The notes under the pieces are model-generated. The model saw nothing but the letters and a program-made list of their open reading frames with translations. It searched no databases and was not told the DNA's origin. From Escherichia coli (GTDB taxonomy: Bacteria > Pseudomonadota > Gammaproteobacteria > Enterobacterales > Enterobacteriaceae): a DNA stretch of 64,000 nt. Position 1 is the stretch's first letter, and every line of letters starts with the position of its first letter. Shown piece by piece: positions 47,554 to 59,548 of this stretch. Made by a program: the position numbers and the translations under genes. The stretch lies in the NCBI RefSeq assembly GCF_003334355.1, contig NZ_QOWP01000023.1, one strand, 5' to 3'.

Positions 47554-48171
47554 ATTTCCTCCACATCCACTGTCTAAAAATCATGATGGTTTATTCAGGA
47601 TATTCATTCCTTAAATGTTTCCAGCAAATTAATAGATTAAGCGAATAAATTATCCTTAGCATTCACTTTCATATCAGCATACTCCTGCTGCACAACAACT
47701 CCACTGCATGTGTCAGAAGGTTAGCATCAAATGATAACCTGGTGAAATAGCCTGGAGACATTTAAAATATCTACATTAAGTTGTTAGAAATACTTAATGA
47801 AAAACAGAAATATCATTCATTTAATTTATAATTCAATGATACCTCTTCCCGCAAAATGCAAAATCACACAACCAATATTTATTCAATAAAATCTGATTGT
47901 TTTAACTTGTTGGCATTAAAAAACGCGCCCAGTTATCTATTATCCTGATTCGTAAAGGCCAAACAATAAATTCATTATGGTGATAATATTCATGTGATAA
48001 TTTGTTTGCGGCGAGAGATAATTCGCTTTTTATCACCGAGCTTCTCCCGATAACCAGGATTAATCAGCGCAATTTTGATCTTAACCTACCGCAAAACAAC
48101 CGTGCTTCATGATACAAATGAATTCTCATTATCTGAACAATACGCAGCACGTCTATGACAAAGGGCGAGTT

Positions 48172-48942
48172 ATGCAAACTGAGCAACAGCGAGCCGTAAC
48201 ACGGCTTTGTATCCAGTGTGGATTATTTCTTTTGCAACATGGTGCGGAAAGCGCGTTGGTTGATGAGCTTTCCTCACGACTGGGTCGGGCGCTGGGAATG
48301 GACAGCGTCGAAAGTTCTATCTCTTCGAACGCCATAGTGCTGACAACCATTAAAGATGGGCAATGCCTGACATCGACACGTAAAAATCACGATCGCGGCA
48401 TTAATATGCATGTGGTGACTGAAGTCCAGCACATTGTGATTCTGGCGGAGCACCATCTGCTGGATTACAAAGGCGTAGAGAAACGATTTAGCCAAATTCA
48501 GCCATTACGTTACCCAAGATGGCTGGTAGCCTTAATGGTTGGCCTTTCTTGCGCCTGTTTCTGTAAACTCAATAACGGTGGCTGGGATGGTGCCGTCATC
48601 ACCTTCTTTGCCAGTACGGCCGCGATGTATATCCGCCAGCTACTGGCACAACGTCATCTTCATCCACAGATCAACTTTTGCCTCACCGCTTTCGCCGCCA
48701 CCACTATTTCCGGTTTGCTTTTGCAACTTCCCACCTTCAGCAATACACCCACCATTGCAATGGCCGCCAGCGTTCTGCTGCTGGTGCCGGGCTTTCCGTT
48801 GATTAATGCCGTCGCCGATATGTTTAAAGGCCACATCAATACCGGACTGGCACGCTGGGCGATCGCCAGTCTGCTGACACTGGCTACCTGCGTCGGCGTG
48901 GTGATGGCACTGACGATTTGGGGGCTACGCGGATGGGTGTGA
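48172..48942 (+). CDS. yjjP: ThrE-family inner membrane protein YjjP (succinate exporter subunit)
   Basis: Listed ORF contains [30 protein letters not shown]...; start trimmed to 256-aa form. Confidence 0.85.
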   Translation: MQTEQQRAVTRLCIQCGLFLLQHGAESALVDELSSRLGRALGMDSVESSISSNAIVLTTIKDGQCLTSTRKNHDRGINMHVVTEVQHIVILAEHHLLDYKGVEKRFSQIQPLRYPRWLVALMVGLSCACFCKLNNGGWDGAVITFFASTAAMYIRQLLAQRHLHPQINFCLTAFAATTISGLLLQLPTFSNTPTIAMAASVLLLVPGFPLINAVADMFKGHINTGLARWAIASLLTLATCVGVVMALTIWGLRGWV

Positions 48943-49406
48943 TCGAGTTTCTGTTTGCATTGGCGCAGGATATGATCCTCGCCGCCATTCCAGCGGTCGG
49001 CTTTGCGATGGTGTTCAACGTTCCCGTTCGGGCATTACGCTGGTGTGCGCTGCTTGGCGCGATTGGTCATGGTTCCCGAATGATCTTAATGACCAGCGGG
49101 CTGAATATTGAGTGGTCAACCTTTATGGCTTCTATGCTGGTCGGCACCATTGGTATTCAATGGTCGCGCTGGTATCTGGCGCATCCGAAAGTGTTTACCG
49201 TGGCGGCTGTTATCCCTATGTTTCCTGGCATATCAGCTTATACTGCAATGATTTCGGCGGTAAAAATCAGTCAGCTAGGCTACAGCGAACCGTTGATGAT
49301 TACCCTGTTAACCAACTTTCTTACAGCTTCATCAATTGTTGGTGCGTTATCCATCGGTCTTTCCATTCCTGGATTATGGTTGTACCGCAAGCGCCCTCGC
49401 GTATAA
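48933..49406 (+). CDS. yjjB: Inner membrane protein YjjB (partner of YjjP)
   Basis: Listed ORF contains [30 protein letters not shown]...; overlaps yjjP stop. Confidence 0.85.
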   Translation: MGVIEFLFALAQDMILAAIPAVGFAMVFNVPVRALRWCALLGAIGHGSRMILMTSGLNIEWSTFMASMLVGTIGIQWSRWYLAHPKVFTVAAVIPMFPGISAYTAMISAVKISQLGYSEPLMITLLTNFLTASSIVGALSIGLSIPGLWLYRKRPRV

Positions 49407-49513
49407 AATTGCCTCACTTAAAGCACGCGGATGAGAGACAGCCTCCTCTCCTCCGTGTGTTACTATAAAAGTTATCTCCCTTCTCGTTCATCGTTCCATA
49501 TTTGAGAAACAGT

Positions 49514-50053
49514 ATGTCTTCCAGAGTTTTGACCCCGGACGTCGTTGGTATTGACGCCCTGGTACAGGATCACCAAACCGTTCTGGCAAAAGCTGAAGGC
49601 GGTGTGGTTGCCGTATTTGCTAACAATGCCCCGGCGTTTTATGCCGTCACGCCTGCACGCCTGGCTGAACTGCTGGCGCTGGAAGAAAAGCTGGCGCGTC
49701 CGGGAAGCGATGTCGCTCTGGACGATCAACTCTATCAGGAACCGCAAGCCGCTCCCGTTGCTGTACCCATGGGGAAATTCGCCATGTATCCGGACTGGCA
49801 ACCCGATGCCGACTTTATCCGCCTGGCGGCGCTATGGGGCGTGGCGCTAAGAGAGCCGGTGACCACCGAAGAACTGGCCTCATTCATTGCCTACTGGCAG
49901 GCGGAAGGTAAAGTCTTTCACCATGTGCAGTGGCAACAAAAACTGGCGCGCAGCCTGCAAATCGGTCGTGCCAGCAACGGCGGACTGCCGAAACGAGATG
50001 TGAATACGGTCAGCGAACCTGACAGCCAAATTCCACCAGGATTCAGAGGGTAA
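49514..50053 (+). CDS. dnaT: Primosomal protein DnaT
   Basis: Listed ORF contains [30 protein letters not shown]...; start trimmed to 179-aa form. Confidence 0.92.
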   Translation: MSSRVLTPDVVGIDALVQDHQTVLAKAEGGVVAVFANNAPAFYAVTPARLAELLALEEKLARPGSDVALDDQLYQEPQAAPVAVPMGKFAMYPDWQPDADFIRLAALWGVALREPVTTEELASFIAYWQAEGKVFHHVQWQQKLARSLQIGRASNGGLPKRDVNTVSEPDSQIPPGFRG

Positions 50054-50055
50054 CG

Positions 50056-50793
50056 ATGAAAAACGTTGGCGACCTGATGCAACGCCTGCAAAAAATGATG
50101 CCTGCCCATATCAAACCTGCATTCAAAACGGGTGAAGAGCTACTGGCCTGGCAGAAAGAACAAGGGGCGATCCGCTCCGCCGCTCTCGAACGTGAAAATC
50201 GGGCGATGAAAATGCAGCGCACCTTTAACCGCTCCGGTATTCGTCCACTGCATCAGAACTGCTCCTTTGAGAACTATCGCGTTGAGTGTGAAGGGCAGAT
50301 GAATGCGTTAAGCAAAGCGCGCCAGTATGTCGAAGAGTTTGACGGCAACATCGCCAGCTTCATCTTTTCTGGTAAGCCAGGAACCGGCAAAAACCATCTG
50401 GCGGCGGCAATCTGCAACGAGCTGCTGCTACGCGGTAAATCCGTATTGATCATCACCGTGGCCGATATTATGTCGGCGATGAAAGATACCTTCAGGAATA
50501 GCGGTACCAGCGAAGAACAACTGCTTAACGATCTGAGCAACGTTGATCTGCTGGTGATCGATGAGATCGGCGTGCAGACCGAATCGAAATACGAAAAAGT
50601 GATCATCAACCAGATCGTCGATCGCCGCTCTTCTTCCAAACGCCCAACCGGGATGCTGACCAACAGTAATATGGAAGAGATGACCAAGTTGCTGGGCGAA
50701 CGCGTGATGGACCGTATGCGCCTGGGTAACAGTTTGTGGGTGATCTTCAACTGGGATAGCTACCGTAGCCGGGTAACAGGTAAAGAGTATTAA
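50056..50793 (+). CDS. dnaC: Replicative helicase loader DnaC
   Basis: 245 aa, MKNVGDLMQRLQKMMPAHIKPAFKTGEELLAWQKEQ...; Walker A GKPGTGKNHLA. Confidence 0.95.
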   Translation: MKNVGDLMQRLQKMMPAHIKPAFKTGEELLAWQKEQGAIRSAALERENRAMKMQRTFNRSGIRPLHQNCSFENYRVECEGQMNALSKARQYVEEFDGNIASFIFSGKPGTGKNHLAAAICNELLLRGKSVLIITVADIMSAMKDTFRNSGTSEEQLLNDLSNVDLLVIDEIGVQTESKYEKVIINQIVDRRSSSKRPTGMLTNSNMEEMTKLLGERVMDRMRLGNSLWVIFNWDSYRSRVTGKEY

Positions 50794-50838
50794 TCCCCGT
50801 TTCTGGCGGTATACTGCGACACAATTCCACCTTGAGTA

Positions 50839-51336
50839 ATGATGATGAAAACTGTTAAACATCTTCTGTGCTGTGCCATTGCCGCCAGCGCATTAATTTC
50901 CACTGGGGTGCATGCTGCGTCCTGGAAAGATGCGCTCTCCAGCGCCGCCAGCGAACTTGGCAACCAAAACAGCACGACACAGGAAGGCGGTTGGTCGCTC
51001 GCGTCATTAACTAACTTGCTTAGCAGCGGGAACCAGGCCTTAAGCGCAGATAACATGAACAACGCCGCAGGCATTCTGCAATACTGCGCGAAGCAAAAGC
51101 TGGCGTCGGTAACCGATGCCGAAAACATCAAGAACCAGGTGCTGGAAAAACTGGGCCTGAACAGTGAAGAGCAAAAAGAAGACACCAACTATCTGGATGG
51201 CATTCAGGGTTTGCTGAAAACCAAAGATGGTCAGCAACTCAATCTGGATAATATCGGAACGACTCCGCTGGCAGAAAAGGTGAAAACCAAAGCCTGCGAT
51301 CTGGTGTTAAAGCAGGGGCTGAACTTCATTTCCTGA
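50839..51336 (+). CDS. yjjA: Secreted protein of unknown function YjjA
   Basis: ~165 aa with signal peptide; exact start among the MMM codons uncertain. Confidence 0.8.
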   Translation: MMMKTVKHLLCCAIAASALISTGVHAASWKDALSSAASELGNQNSTTQEGGWSLASLTNLLSSGNQALSADNMNNAAGILQYCAKQKLASVTDAENIKNQVLEKLGLNSEEQKEDTNYLDGIQGLLKTKDGQQLNLDNIGTTPLAEKVKTKACDLVLKQGLNFIS

Positions 51337-51589
51337 ACCGCGAAACGCCGCGTTTTAGCTGTTACCCGGCTGACGCGGCTCTCTCCTGCCCTTTTCCCTG
51401 CTCCTGGACGGTTTTCCCCCTGTTACACGGGAAGCGACCGTAATCAAAAAAGTCTGTTTATAAACTAATTCCTAACAACATCGCATTTTTTTGACACTAG
51501 AATTGCAGCAATATGGCGACGCCATTACATTGTGCTTCTCAAAAAGCTTAAACGTTGGCTAAACGGCCCGGTTTAGTGAGGATCGCCCG

Positions 51590-53881
51590 TTGTCAGAACT
51601 ACTCTCTTTCGCCCTTTTTCTCGCCTCTGTGCTGATTTACGCATGGAAAGCGGGACGTAACACCTGGTGGTTTGCAGCCACGTTAACGGTGCTGGGGCTA
51701 TTTGTCGTTTTAAATATCACCCTGTTTGCCAGCGACTATTTTACTGGCGATGGTATTAACGACGCGGTTCTCTATACCTTAACCAACAGCCTGACCGGTG
51801 CTGGTGTCAGCAAATACATTCTTCCGGGTATCGGCATTGTGCTGGGGCTGACGGCGGTGTTCGGTGCGCTGGGCTGGATCCTGCGCCGTCGTCGCCATCA
51901 TCCGCACCATTTTGGTTACAGCCTGCTGGCACTCTTACTGGCGCTGGGTTCAGTGGATGCCAGCCCGGCATTTCGTCAGATAACGGAACTGGTGAAATCC
52001 CAGTCACGCGATGGCGACCCGGACTTTGCGGCTTATTATAAAGAGCCGTCGAAAACTATCCCTGACCCGAAACTCAACCTGGTTTATATCTACGGCGAAA
52101 GTCTCGAGCGGACCTATTTTGATAACGAAGCTTTCCCGGATCTCACGCCTGAACTGGGCGCGTTGAAAAATGAAGGCCTGGATTTCAGCCACACGCAGCA
52201 GCTGCCAGGAACGGATTACACGATTGCGGGCATGGTGGCTTCTCAGTGCGGCATACCGCTGTTTGCCCCCTTTGAAGGCAACGCCTCCGCCTCTGTCTCC
52301 AGCTTCTTCCCGCAGAACATCTGTCTGGGCGATATCCTGAAAAACTCGGGTTATCAGAACTATTTCGTGCAGGGCGCGAATCTGCGTTTTGCCGGTAAAG
52401 ATGTGTTCCTGAAGTCGCATGGCTTCGACCACTTATACGGCTCAGAAGAGCTGAAAAGCGTGGTGGCCGACCCGCACTATCGCAACGACTGGGGATTCTA
52501 CGACGATACCGTTCTCGATGAAGCGTGGAAAAAGTTTGAAGAGCTTTCCCGCTCAGGTCAGCGATTCTCACTGTTTACCCTGACAGTCGATACCCATCAC
52601 CCGGATGGTTTTATCTCGCGTACCTGTAACCGCAAAAAATATGATTTTGACGGTAAGCCGAACCAGTCATTCAGCGCGGTAAGTTGCAGCCAGGAGAATA
52701 TCGCGGCGTTTATCAACAAAATCAAAGCGTCACCGTGGTTTAAAGATACCGTCATCGTCGTCTCTTCTGACCATTTAGCGATGAACAACACGGCGTGGAA
52801 ATACCTTAATAAGCAGGATCGCAATAACCTGTTTTTTGTCATTCGTGGCGACAAGCCGCAGCAAGAGACGCTGGCAGTGAAGCGTAACACGATGGATAAC
52901 GGCGCGACGGTGCTGGACATTCTCGGTGGCGATAACTATCTCGGACTTGGTCGTAGCAGTTTATCCGGGCAGTCAATGTCGGAAATCTTCCTCAATATCA
53001 AAGAGAAAACATTGGCGTGGAAGCCGGATATCATCCGCCTGTGGAAATTCCCTAAAGAGATGAAAGAGTTCACCATCGACCAGCAGAAAAACATGATTGC
53101 CTTCTCGGGTAGCCATTTCCGTTTGCCACTGCTGTTGCGGGTTTCAGACAAACGCGTGGAACCGCTGCCGGAAAGCGAATACTCAGCACCGCTGCGTTTC
53201 CAGCTGGCCGATTTCGCTCCACGCGACAATTTCGTCTGGGTTGACCGTTGCTATAAGATGGCACAACTCTGGGCTCCGGAACTGGCACTCTCCACCGACT
53301 GGTGTGTCTCGCAAGGGCAGCTTGGCGGTCAGCAAATTGTTCAGCATGTTGACAAAACAACATGGCAGGGCAAAACGGCATTTAAAGATACGGTCATCGA
53401 CATGGCGCGTTATAAAGGCAATGTCGATACGCTGAAAATTGTTGATAACGATATTCGCTACAAAGCCGACAGTTTCATCTTCAACGTCGCCGGTGCGCCA
53501 GAAGAGGTGAAACAGTTTAGTGGGATTTCCCGTCCAGAGTCGTGGGGCCGCTGGTCCAACGCGCAGCTGGGCGATGAAGTAAAAATCGAGTACAAGCATC
53601 CGCTGCCGAAGAAATTTGACCTGGTGATTACCGCCAAAGCATACGGCAATAACGCCAGCCGTCCTATTCCGGTACGCGTAGGCAATGAAGAACAAACTCT
53701 TGTGCTGGGCAATGAAGTGACCACCACCACACTGCATTTCGATAACCCAACCGATGCCGACACACTGGTAATTGTGCCGCCGGAACCTGTCTCAACCAAC
53801 GAAGGGAATATCCTCGGACACTCGCCGCGTAAGCTCGGGATCGGCATGGTGGAAATTAAAGTTGTGGAACGTGAAGGGTAA
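51590..53881 (+). CDS. opgB: Phosphoglycerol transferase I (OpgB/MdoB)
   Basis: 763 aa; N-terminal TM helices plus sulfatase-like domain. Confidence 0.92.
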
Positions 53882-53892
53882 TTTCTGACTGA

Positions 53893-53945
53893 TGTGTAGG
53901 TCGCATAAGGTGCGACCTACACATCTTCTCCGGCCTACAAAACAT
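53893..53945. repeat. Palindromic REP-like element / terminator downstream of opgB
   Basis: gtgtaggtcgcataaggtgcgacctacac hairpin followed by ccggcctacaaaa REP half. Confidence 0.7.
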
Positions 53946-54020
53946 CATTGAGAAACAGAAAAAAAACAGCGCCCAACACTTCCCCGGACGCTGCATGGCA
54001 ACTTTAATAATCTCGCCTTA

Positions 54021-55043
54021 TCAGAAAGTAATTACACCCTTAATCAACTCACGATTGTTAATCACATCGCGCTCGTAGGTTTCTGCCAGCGTGGCGAACG
54101 GATAGCGATGGGTTAACATCATGTCGGCAGTGATTTTTCCTTCCGCCATCAGTCGACCGACTTTAGCAAAATCTTCCGGCGTGGCGTTGCGGCTGCCCAT
54201 CATCGTCGTTTCTTTTTTATGGAATTCCGGATCGGAGAACTGCAACTCACCTTTAAACAGGCCGACAAATACCACCGTGCCGCCGTGACGAATCAAATTC
54301 ACGGTGTTATTCATCGCATGTTGATTACCTGTCGCGTCGATCACTTTCTGCGCCAGCGAACCACCAAACTGCGCCCGTAGCTGCGCGTCAAAATCTTCGG
54401 CTGACGGGTCCAGTAAAGGTAATTCCAGACGCGTTGCCACATGTTCACGGCGCGCCGGACTGGTATCCGCCACCACCACCTGTGCGCCATCGGCTTTAGC
54501 GATTGCCGCCGCGCCCAGACCGATTGGCCCCGCCCCGACCACCAGCACCTGCTCGCCGGGAGCAATGGCTGCGCGACGCACCGCATGAGCGCTAATAGCG
54601 AAAGGTTCAATCAATGCTGCCGCCTGCGGGTCAATACCGTCTGCGGGCAAAATGTTCGCCACCGGCACGCTCAAATACTCACTAAAACCGCCATCCTGAT
54701 GCACGCCAATGACTGAAATTTTTTCACAGCAATTGGTACGCCCGCTTTTACACGCCGGGCATTGCTGACAGGCAACATAAGGGATCACAGCAACTTGCTG
54801 ACCATTTTTAAGATCAGCAATATTTTTACCCAGCCCAACAATCTCCCCACATATTTCATGGCCTAAAACACGTGGATAACTAAAAAATGGTTGATTTCCA
54901 CCCCAGGCATGAATATCGGTACCACAAATCCCGACAGACTTAATTTTTATTAATGCTTCATTGTCACCCGGAATAGGTATCTCGCGTTGTTTCCAGACTA
55001 ATTCTTTCGGCTGCTGGCAAATTAAAACATTCATCGTAGACAT
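54021..55043 (-). CDS. lgoD: L-galactonate 5-dehydrogenase LgoD (YjjN), Zn-dependent MDR family
   Basis: Listed ORF contains MSTMNVLICQQPKELVWKQREIPIPGDNEALIKIKSVGICGTDIHAWGGNQPF...; start trimmed to 340-aa form. Confidence 0.9.
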   Translation of the reverse strand: MSTMNVLICQQPKELVWKQREIPIPGDNEALIKIKSVGICGTDIHAWGGNQPFFSYPRVLGHEICGEIVGLGKNIADLKNGQQVAVIPYVACQQCPACKSGRTNCCEKISVIGVHQDGGFSEYLSVPVANILPADGIDPQAAALIEPFAISAHAVRRAAIAPGEQVLVVGAGPIGLGAAAIAKADGAQVVVADTSPARREHVATRLELPLLDPSAEDFDAQLRAQFGGSLAQKVIDATGNQHAMNNTVNLIRHGGTVVFVGLFKGELQFSDPEFHKKETTMMGSRNATPEDFAKVGRLMAEGKITADMMLTHRYPFATLAETYERDVINNRELIKGVITF

Positions 55044-55181
55044 GATTCGGCTCTCCATTTTTTGTTGCCTTAGATATCAATAAAAATGAAAAATGGCAGC
55101 GGAACGGAAAATCTGTTTTGTGAAAACACACGCATAAAAATGTTTTAAATCGGGTTTTAATGGACTCACAAGGAGGAAAAT

Positions 55182-56096
55182 ATGAGTCGTTCACAAAATT
55201 TACGCCACAATGTGATTAACCAGGTCATTGATGATATGGTGCGGGGTCATATCCCTTCCCCACTTCCATCGCAAAGTGCGCTGGCGGAAATGTACAACAT
55301 CAGCCGCACTACAGTGCGTCATATTCTCAGCCACTTACGCGAATGCGGCGTCTTAACGCAGGTTGGAAACGACTATGTGATTGCGCGTAAACCTGACCAT
55401 GATGACGGTTTCGCCTGTACTACCGCTTCAATGAGTGAACAAAACAAAGTGTTTGAGCAGGCTTTTTTCACGATGATAAACCAGCGCCAGTTACGCCCTG
55501 GGGAAACTTTTTCTGAACTGCAACTGGCTCGGGCCGCGGGTGTCAGCCCGGTTGTAGTAAGAGAATATCTTTTAAAATTCGGCCGTTATAATCTTATTCA
55601 AAGCGAAAAGCGCGGCCAGTGGAGCATGAAGCAATTCGATCAATCCTACGCCGAGCAGCTGTTTGAACTACGCGAAATGCTCGAAACACATTCACTTCAG
55701 CACTTTCTCAACCTGCCTGATCATGATCCCCGCTGGCTGCAGGCGAAAACCATGCTCGAACGTCATCGGCTACTGCGTGACAACATCGGCAATAGCTTTC
55801 GCATGTTCTCGCAACTTGACAGAGATTTTCACTCCTTACTGCTTTCAGCTGCCGACAATATCTTTTTTGATCAATCTCTTGAGATCATCTCAGTCATCTT
55901 TCATTTTCACTATCAATGGGACGAAAGCGATCTTAAACAGCGCAATATCATTGCCGTCGATGAGCATATGACCATTCTCAGCGCTCTGATTTGCCGCAGT
56001 GACCTTGATGCCACCCTTGCGCTCCGTAACCATTTGAATTCAGCTAAACAATCAATGATTCGATCCATTAATGAGAACACGCGTTATGCTCATTAA
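55182..56096 (+). CDS. lgoR: GntR-family regulator LgoR (YjjM)
   Basis: 304 aa; N-terminal GntR-like HTH. Confidence 0.88.
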   Translation: MSRSQNLRHNVINQVIDDMVRGHIPSPLPSQSALAEMYNISRTTVRHILSHLRECGVLTQVGNDYVIARKPDHDDGFACTTASMSEQNKVFEQAFFTMINQRQLRPGETFSELQLARAAGVSPVVVREYLLKFGRYNLIQSEKRGQWSMKQFDQSYAEQLFELREMLETHSLQHFLNLPDHDPRWLQAKTMLERHRLLRDNIGNSFRMFSQLDRDFHSLLLSAADNIFFDQSLEIISVIFHFHYQWDESDLKQRNIIAVDEHMTILSALICRSDLDATLALRNHLNSAKQSMIRSINENTRYAH

Positions 56097-56309
56097 GTAC
56101 GGATTAAAAACAGCAAACTATTAGCGGTGCACGGTTTTATCAAAAGATAAATACCGGGAAATTCCCGCTTACCTATGCTCACAATCAGTCGACTAAAAAT
56201 GTTTTTGTGAGCGGTAGTAAAGTCCTAAAACTTTAACCTGCCGTTAATGTCAACCTTGCGTAATGCACAATTACGTAAACAATTAAAATTATAAATACAG
56301 GAGTCCGGC

Positions 56310-57671
56310 GTGGAAAAAGAAAATATCACCCTCGATCCGCGTTCTTCATTTACTCCATCTTCGTCGGCAGATATTCCCGTGCCACCAGATGGATTAGTTC
56401 AACGCAGTACCCGAATTAAACGCATTCAAACCACCGCCATGTTGTTATTATTTTTTGCGGCGGTAATCAATTATCTCGACCGCAGTTCGCTGTCGGTAGC
56501 AAATTTAACGATTCGTGAAGAATTGGGATTAAGTGCCACCGAAATCGGCGCTTTGCTCTCCGTGTTTTCACTCGCTTACGGGATTGCGCAACTTCCTTGC
56601 GGCCCACTATTGGATCGTAAAGGCCCACGCCTGATGCTGGGACTGGGGATGTTCTTCTGGTCACTGTTCCAGGCCATGTCTGGCATGGTGCACAGCTTTA
56701 CGCAGTTCGTGTTGGTGCGTATCGGTATGGGGATTGGTGAAGCGCCGATGAACCCATGTGGCGTAAAAGTCATTAACGACTGGTTCAACATCAAAGAGCG
56801 CGGACGCCCGATGGGCTTCTTCAACGCAGCTTCTACCATTGGCGTTGCCGTAAGCCCACCGATTCTGGCGGCGATGATGCTGGTGATGGGCTGGCGTGGG
56901 ATGTTTATTACCATTGGTGTGCTGGGGATTTTTCTCGCCATTGGCTGGTATATGCTCTATCGCAACCGCGAGCACGTAGAACTGACTGCCGTTGAACAAG
57001 CTTATCTCAATGCAGGTAGCGTCAATGCCCGCCGAGATCCGCTCAGTTTTGCCGAATGGCGCAGCCTGTTCCGTAACCGCACAATGTGGGGAATGATGCT
57101 CGGATTCAGTGGCATCAACTACACTGCGTGGCTGTATCTGGCCTGGCTTCCTGGTTACCTGCAAACAGCCTATAACCTGGATTTAAAAAGCACAGGGTTG
57201 ATGGCGGCTATCCCTTTCCTGTTTGGGGCTGCCGGGATGCTGGTCAACGGTTACGTTACTGACTGGCTGGTCAAAGGGGGAATGGCTCCGATTAAAAGCC
57301 GTAAGATCTGCATTATTGCCGGGATGTTCTGTTCTGCCGCCTTTACGCTGGTCGTACCGCAAGCGACAACATCCATGACGGCGGTTCTGCTGATTGGCAT
57401 GGCACTGTTCTGTATTCACTTTGCCGGAACATCCTGCTGGGGCTTGATCCACGTCGCAGTTGCTTCTCGCATGACGGCGTCGGTGGGCAGTATCCAGAAC
57501 TTTGCCAGCTTCATCTGCGCCTCTTTTGCGCCGATCATTACTGGTTTTATTGTTGATACCACCCACTCATTCCGTCTGGCACTAATCATCTGCGGTTGCG
57601 TCACCGCAGCGGGAGCACTGGCGTACATCTTCCTGGTTCGTCAGCCGATCAACGACCCGCGTAAAGATTAA
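56310..57671 (+). CDS. lgoT: L-galactonate:H+ symporter LgoT (YjjL), MFS
   Basis: 453 aa MFS transporter. Confidence 0.9.
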   Translation: MEKENITLDPRSSFTPSSSADIPVPPDGLVQRSTRIKRIQTTAMLLLFFAAVINYLDRSSLSVANLTIREELGLSATEIGALLSVFSLAYGIAQLPCGPLLDRKGPRLMLGLGMFFWSLFQAMSGMVHSFTQFVLVRIGMGIGEAPMNPCGVKVINDWFNIKERGRPMGFFNAASTIGVAVSPPILAAMMLVMGWRGMFITIGVLGIFLAIGWYMLYRNREHVELTAVEQAYLNAGSVNARRDPLSFAEWRSLFRNRTMWGMMLGFSGINYTAWLYLAWLPGYLQTAYNLDLKSTGLMAAIPFLFGAAGMLVNGYVTDWLVKGGMAPIKSRKICIIAGMFCSAAFTLVVPQATTSMTAVLLIGMALFCIHFAGTSCWGLIHVAVASRMTASVGSIQNFASFICASFAPIITGFIVDTTHSFRLALIICGCVTAAGALAYIFLVRQPINDPRKD

Positions 57672-57678
57672 ACTCCCT

Positions 57679-57713
57679 ATGCCCGATAACATTTTGCTTA
57701 TCGGGCATTTTTA
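57679..57713. terminator. Bidirectional terminator between convergent lgoT and tsr
   Basis: Hairpin atgcccgataa-N9-ttatcgggcat followed by T-run. Confidence 0.7.
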
Positions 57714-57719
57714 TGGCGA

Positions 57720-59384
57720 TTAAAACGTTTCCCAGTTCTCCCCGCTATCTGCCACTGCCATTTTACGCGGCGTAGCTGGCGTCACGTTTTTTACCACAGC
57801 CGATGTTTCACGCTGCTGTTGCTGCTGTTGCTGAATCCGGAACACTGCCACAGCTTCGGTCAGGCGACTGGCCTGCTCTTCCAGCGCGGCGGCGGCAGCG
57901 GCAGATTCTTCCACCAGCGCAGCGTTCTGTTGAGTTACCCGGTCCATCTCAGCAACCGCTAAGCCAACCTGATCGATACCACGGCTCTGCTCATCAGAAG
58001 CAGAAGCAATTTCGCCCATAATGTCCGTCACGCGGGTCACGGCACTGACAATCTCCGCCATTGTTTCCCCTGCGCTTTCGACCAGCGTAGAGCCAACATC
58101 TACTTTCCCCACCGAGTCTTCAATCAGGCTTTTAATTTCACGAGCCGCCTGAGCGCTGCGCTGGGCCAGATTACGCACTTCACCCGCGACCACCGCAAAA
58201 CCGCGCCCTTGCTCACCCGCGCGCGCTGCTTCAACCGCCGCGTTCAAAGCCAGAATATTGGTCTGGAAGGCAATGCCGTCAATTACGCTGATAATATCGG
58301 CGATTTTCTGCGAACTGGTGGAGATATCGCGCATAGTCTGCACCACGTTATCTACCACTTTGCCGCCGCGTTGCGCCGTTTCAGAAGCACTTAACGCCAG
58401 GTGGCTGGCCTGGCGCGCATTTTCGGCGTTCTGTTTCACCGTTGCGGTCAGTTGCTCCATGCTGGCTGCCGTCTCTTCCAGCGAAGCGGCCTGTTGCTCG
58501 GTGCGCGAAGAGAGATCGTTATTGCCGGTAGCGATTTCGCTGGCACCGCTATAGATGGCATTGGCCCCGTTGCGCACATCACCGACGGTACGCATCAGCT
58601 CTCCCTGCATATAGCGCAAACTCTCTGCCAGTTGCCCCATCTCATTAGAGCCATCCACCTCAATCGGTTTCACCAGATCGCCGCCTGCAATATGACGAAT
58701 GCTGTCAATCAGGCGATTCATTGGCGCTACCAACGAGGCTTTAATACCGAACCAGACGGCGAAGATGACTGCCAGTACGACGATCATCACGCCCACCAGA
58801 ATCCACATCGCCTGGCTGTAGGAGGCATTATTATCGCTGACGGCGATATCATAGAGCCGATCGTTTTGCTCCATGTAAGCCACATACTGCTTCTCGAAAC
58901 CGTCCTGATATCCCTGGGTCGGCTGATCAAAGAACTCGTTGATTTTGCCTGCACCTAACAGTTGGATCAGCTCCGCCAGCGCATTGTGATAAATATCGTA
59001 ATTACGTTTGATCTCTGCCGCTGCGGCGGTGCTCTGACGCGGGTCACGCGGCAACGCTTCGTAATCCGCCCAGTTTTTTTCCGCCTGTTTCAGCGAAATA
59101 CTGGCACTCTCCATCAGCTCAGCAACGGTTGAACCGCTACCAATATTATTCTGATCCATCATGTAGCGGATACCCGCGCGGTTGAGGGTGTTACGCGTCT
59201 GCAACAACGCGACCCAGCTGCCATTCAGCGTGGATTGCTGCTGGCGAATAGTTTGTAAAACAGTGAAATTTTCTTTGTCATTCTTTAAGGCATTAAAGAA
59301 CAGACCGCCTGATGTCAGTTGTAAAAGGCCAAAAACGGCCAAAACCAGCAGTAAGCTGGTCACAATTTTGATACGTTTTAACAT
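57720..59384 (-). CDS. tsr: Methyl-accepting chemotaxis protein I (serine chemoreceptor) Tsr
   Basis: 554 aa, [40 protein letters not shown]...; C-terminal NWETF pentapeptide. Confidence 0.95.
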   Translation of the reverse strand: MLKRIKIVTSLLLVLAVFGLLQLTSGGLFFNALKNDKENFTVLQTIRQQQSTLNGSWVALLQTRNTLNRAGIRYMMDQNNIGSGSTVAELMESASISLKQAEKNWADYEALPRDPRQSTAAAAEIKRNYDIYHNALAELIQLLGAGKINEFFDQPTQGYQDGFEKQYVAYMEQNDRLYDIAVSDNNASYSQAMWILVGVMIVVLAVIFAVWFGIKASLVAPMNRLIDSIRHIAGGDLVKPIEVDGSNEMGQLAESLRYMQGELMRTVGDVRNGANAIYSGASEIATGNNDLSSRTEQQAASLEETAASMEQLTATVKQNAENARQASHLALSASETAQRGGKVVDNVVQTMRDISTSSQKIADIISVIDGIAFQTNILALNAAVEAARAGEQGRGFAVVAGEVRNLAQRSAQAAREIKSLIEDSVGKVDVGSTLVESAGETMAEIVSAVTRVTDIMGEIASASDEQSRGIDQVGLAVAEMDRVTQQNAALVEESAAAAAALEEQASRLTEAVAVFRIQQQQQQQRETSAVVKNVTPATPRKMAVADSGENWETF

Positions 59385-59532
59385 GGTTTCTCTTTCCTGT
59401 GGACCGATGCAAGATTTTCGGCCAGGAAAGGAAAAACTTTATGAATATCCCGCGGAGATTACGCCGAGTAATTTTATTCACACTCTGAATTTAAAAAGCC
59501 ATTATTTACATAAATTACTCACAATATAAATA

Positions 59533-59548
59533 TGTGATATGAATCACA
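59533..59548. promoter_or_regulatory. CRP-like binding site in the tsr-btsT intergenic region
   Basis: tgtgatatgaatcaca matches the CRP consensus TGTGA-N6-TCACA. Confidence 0.5.
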
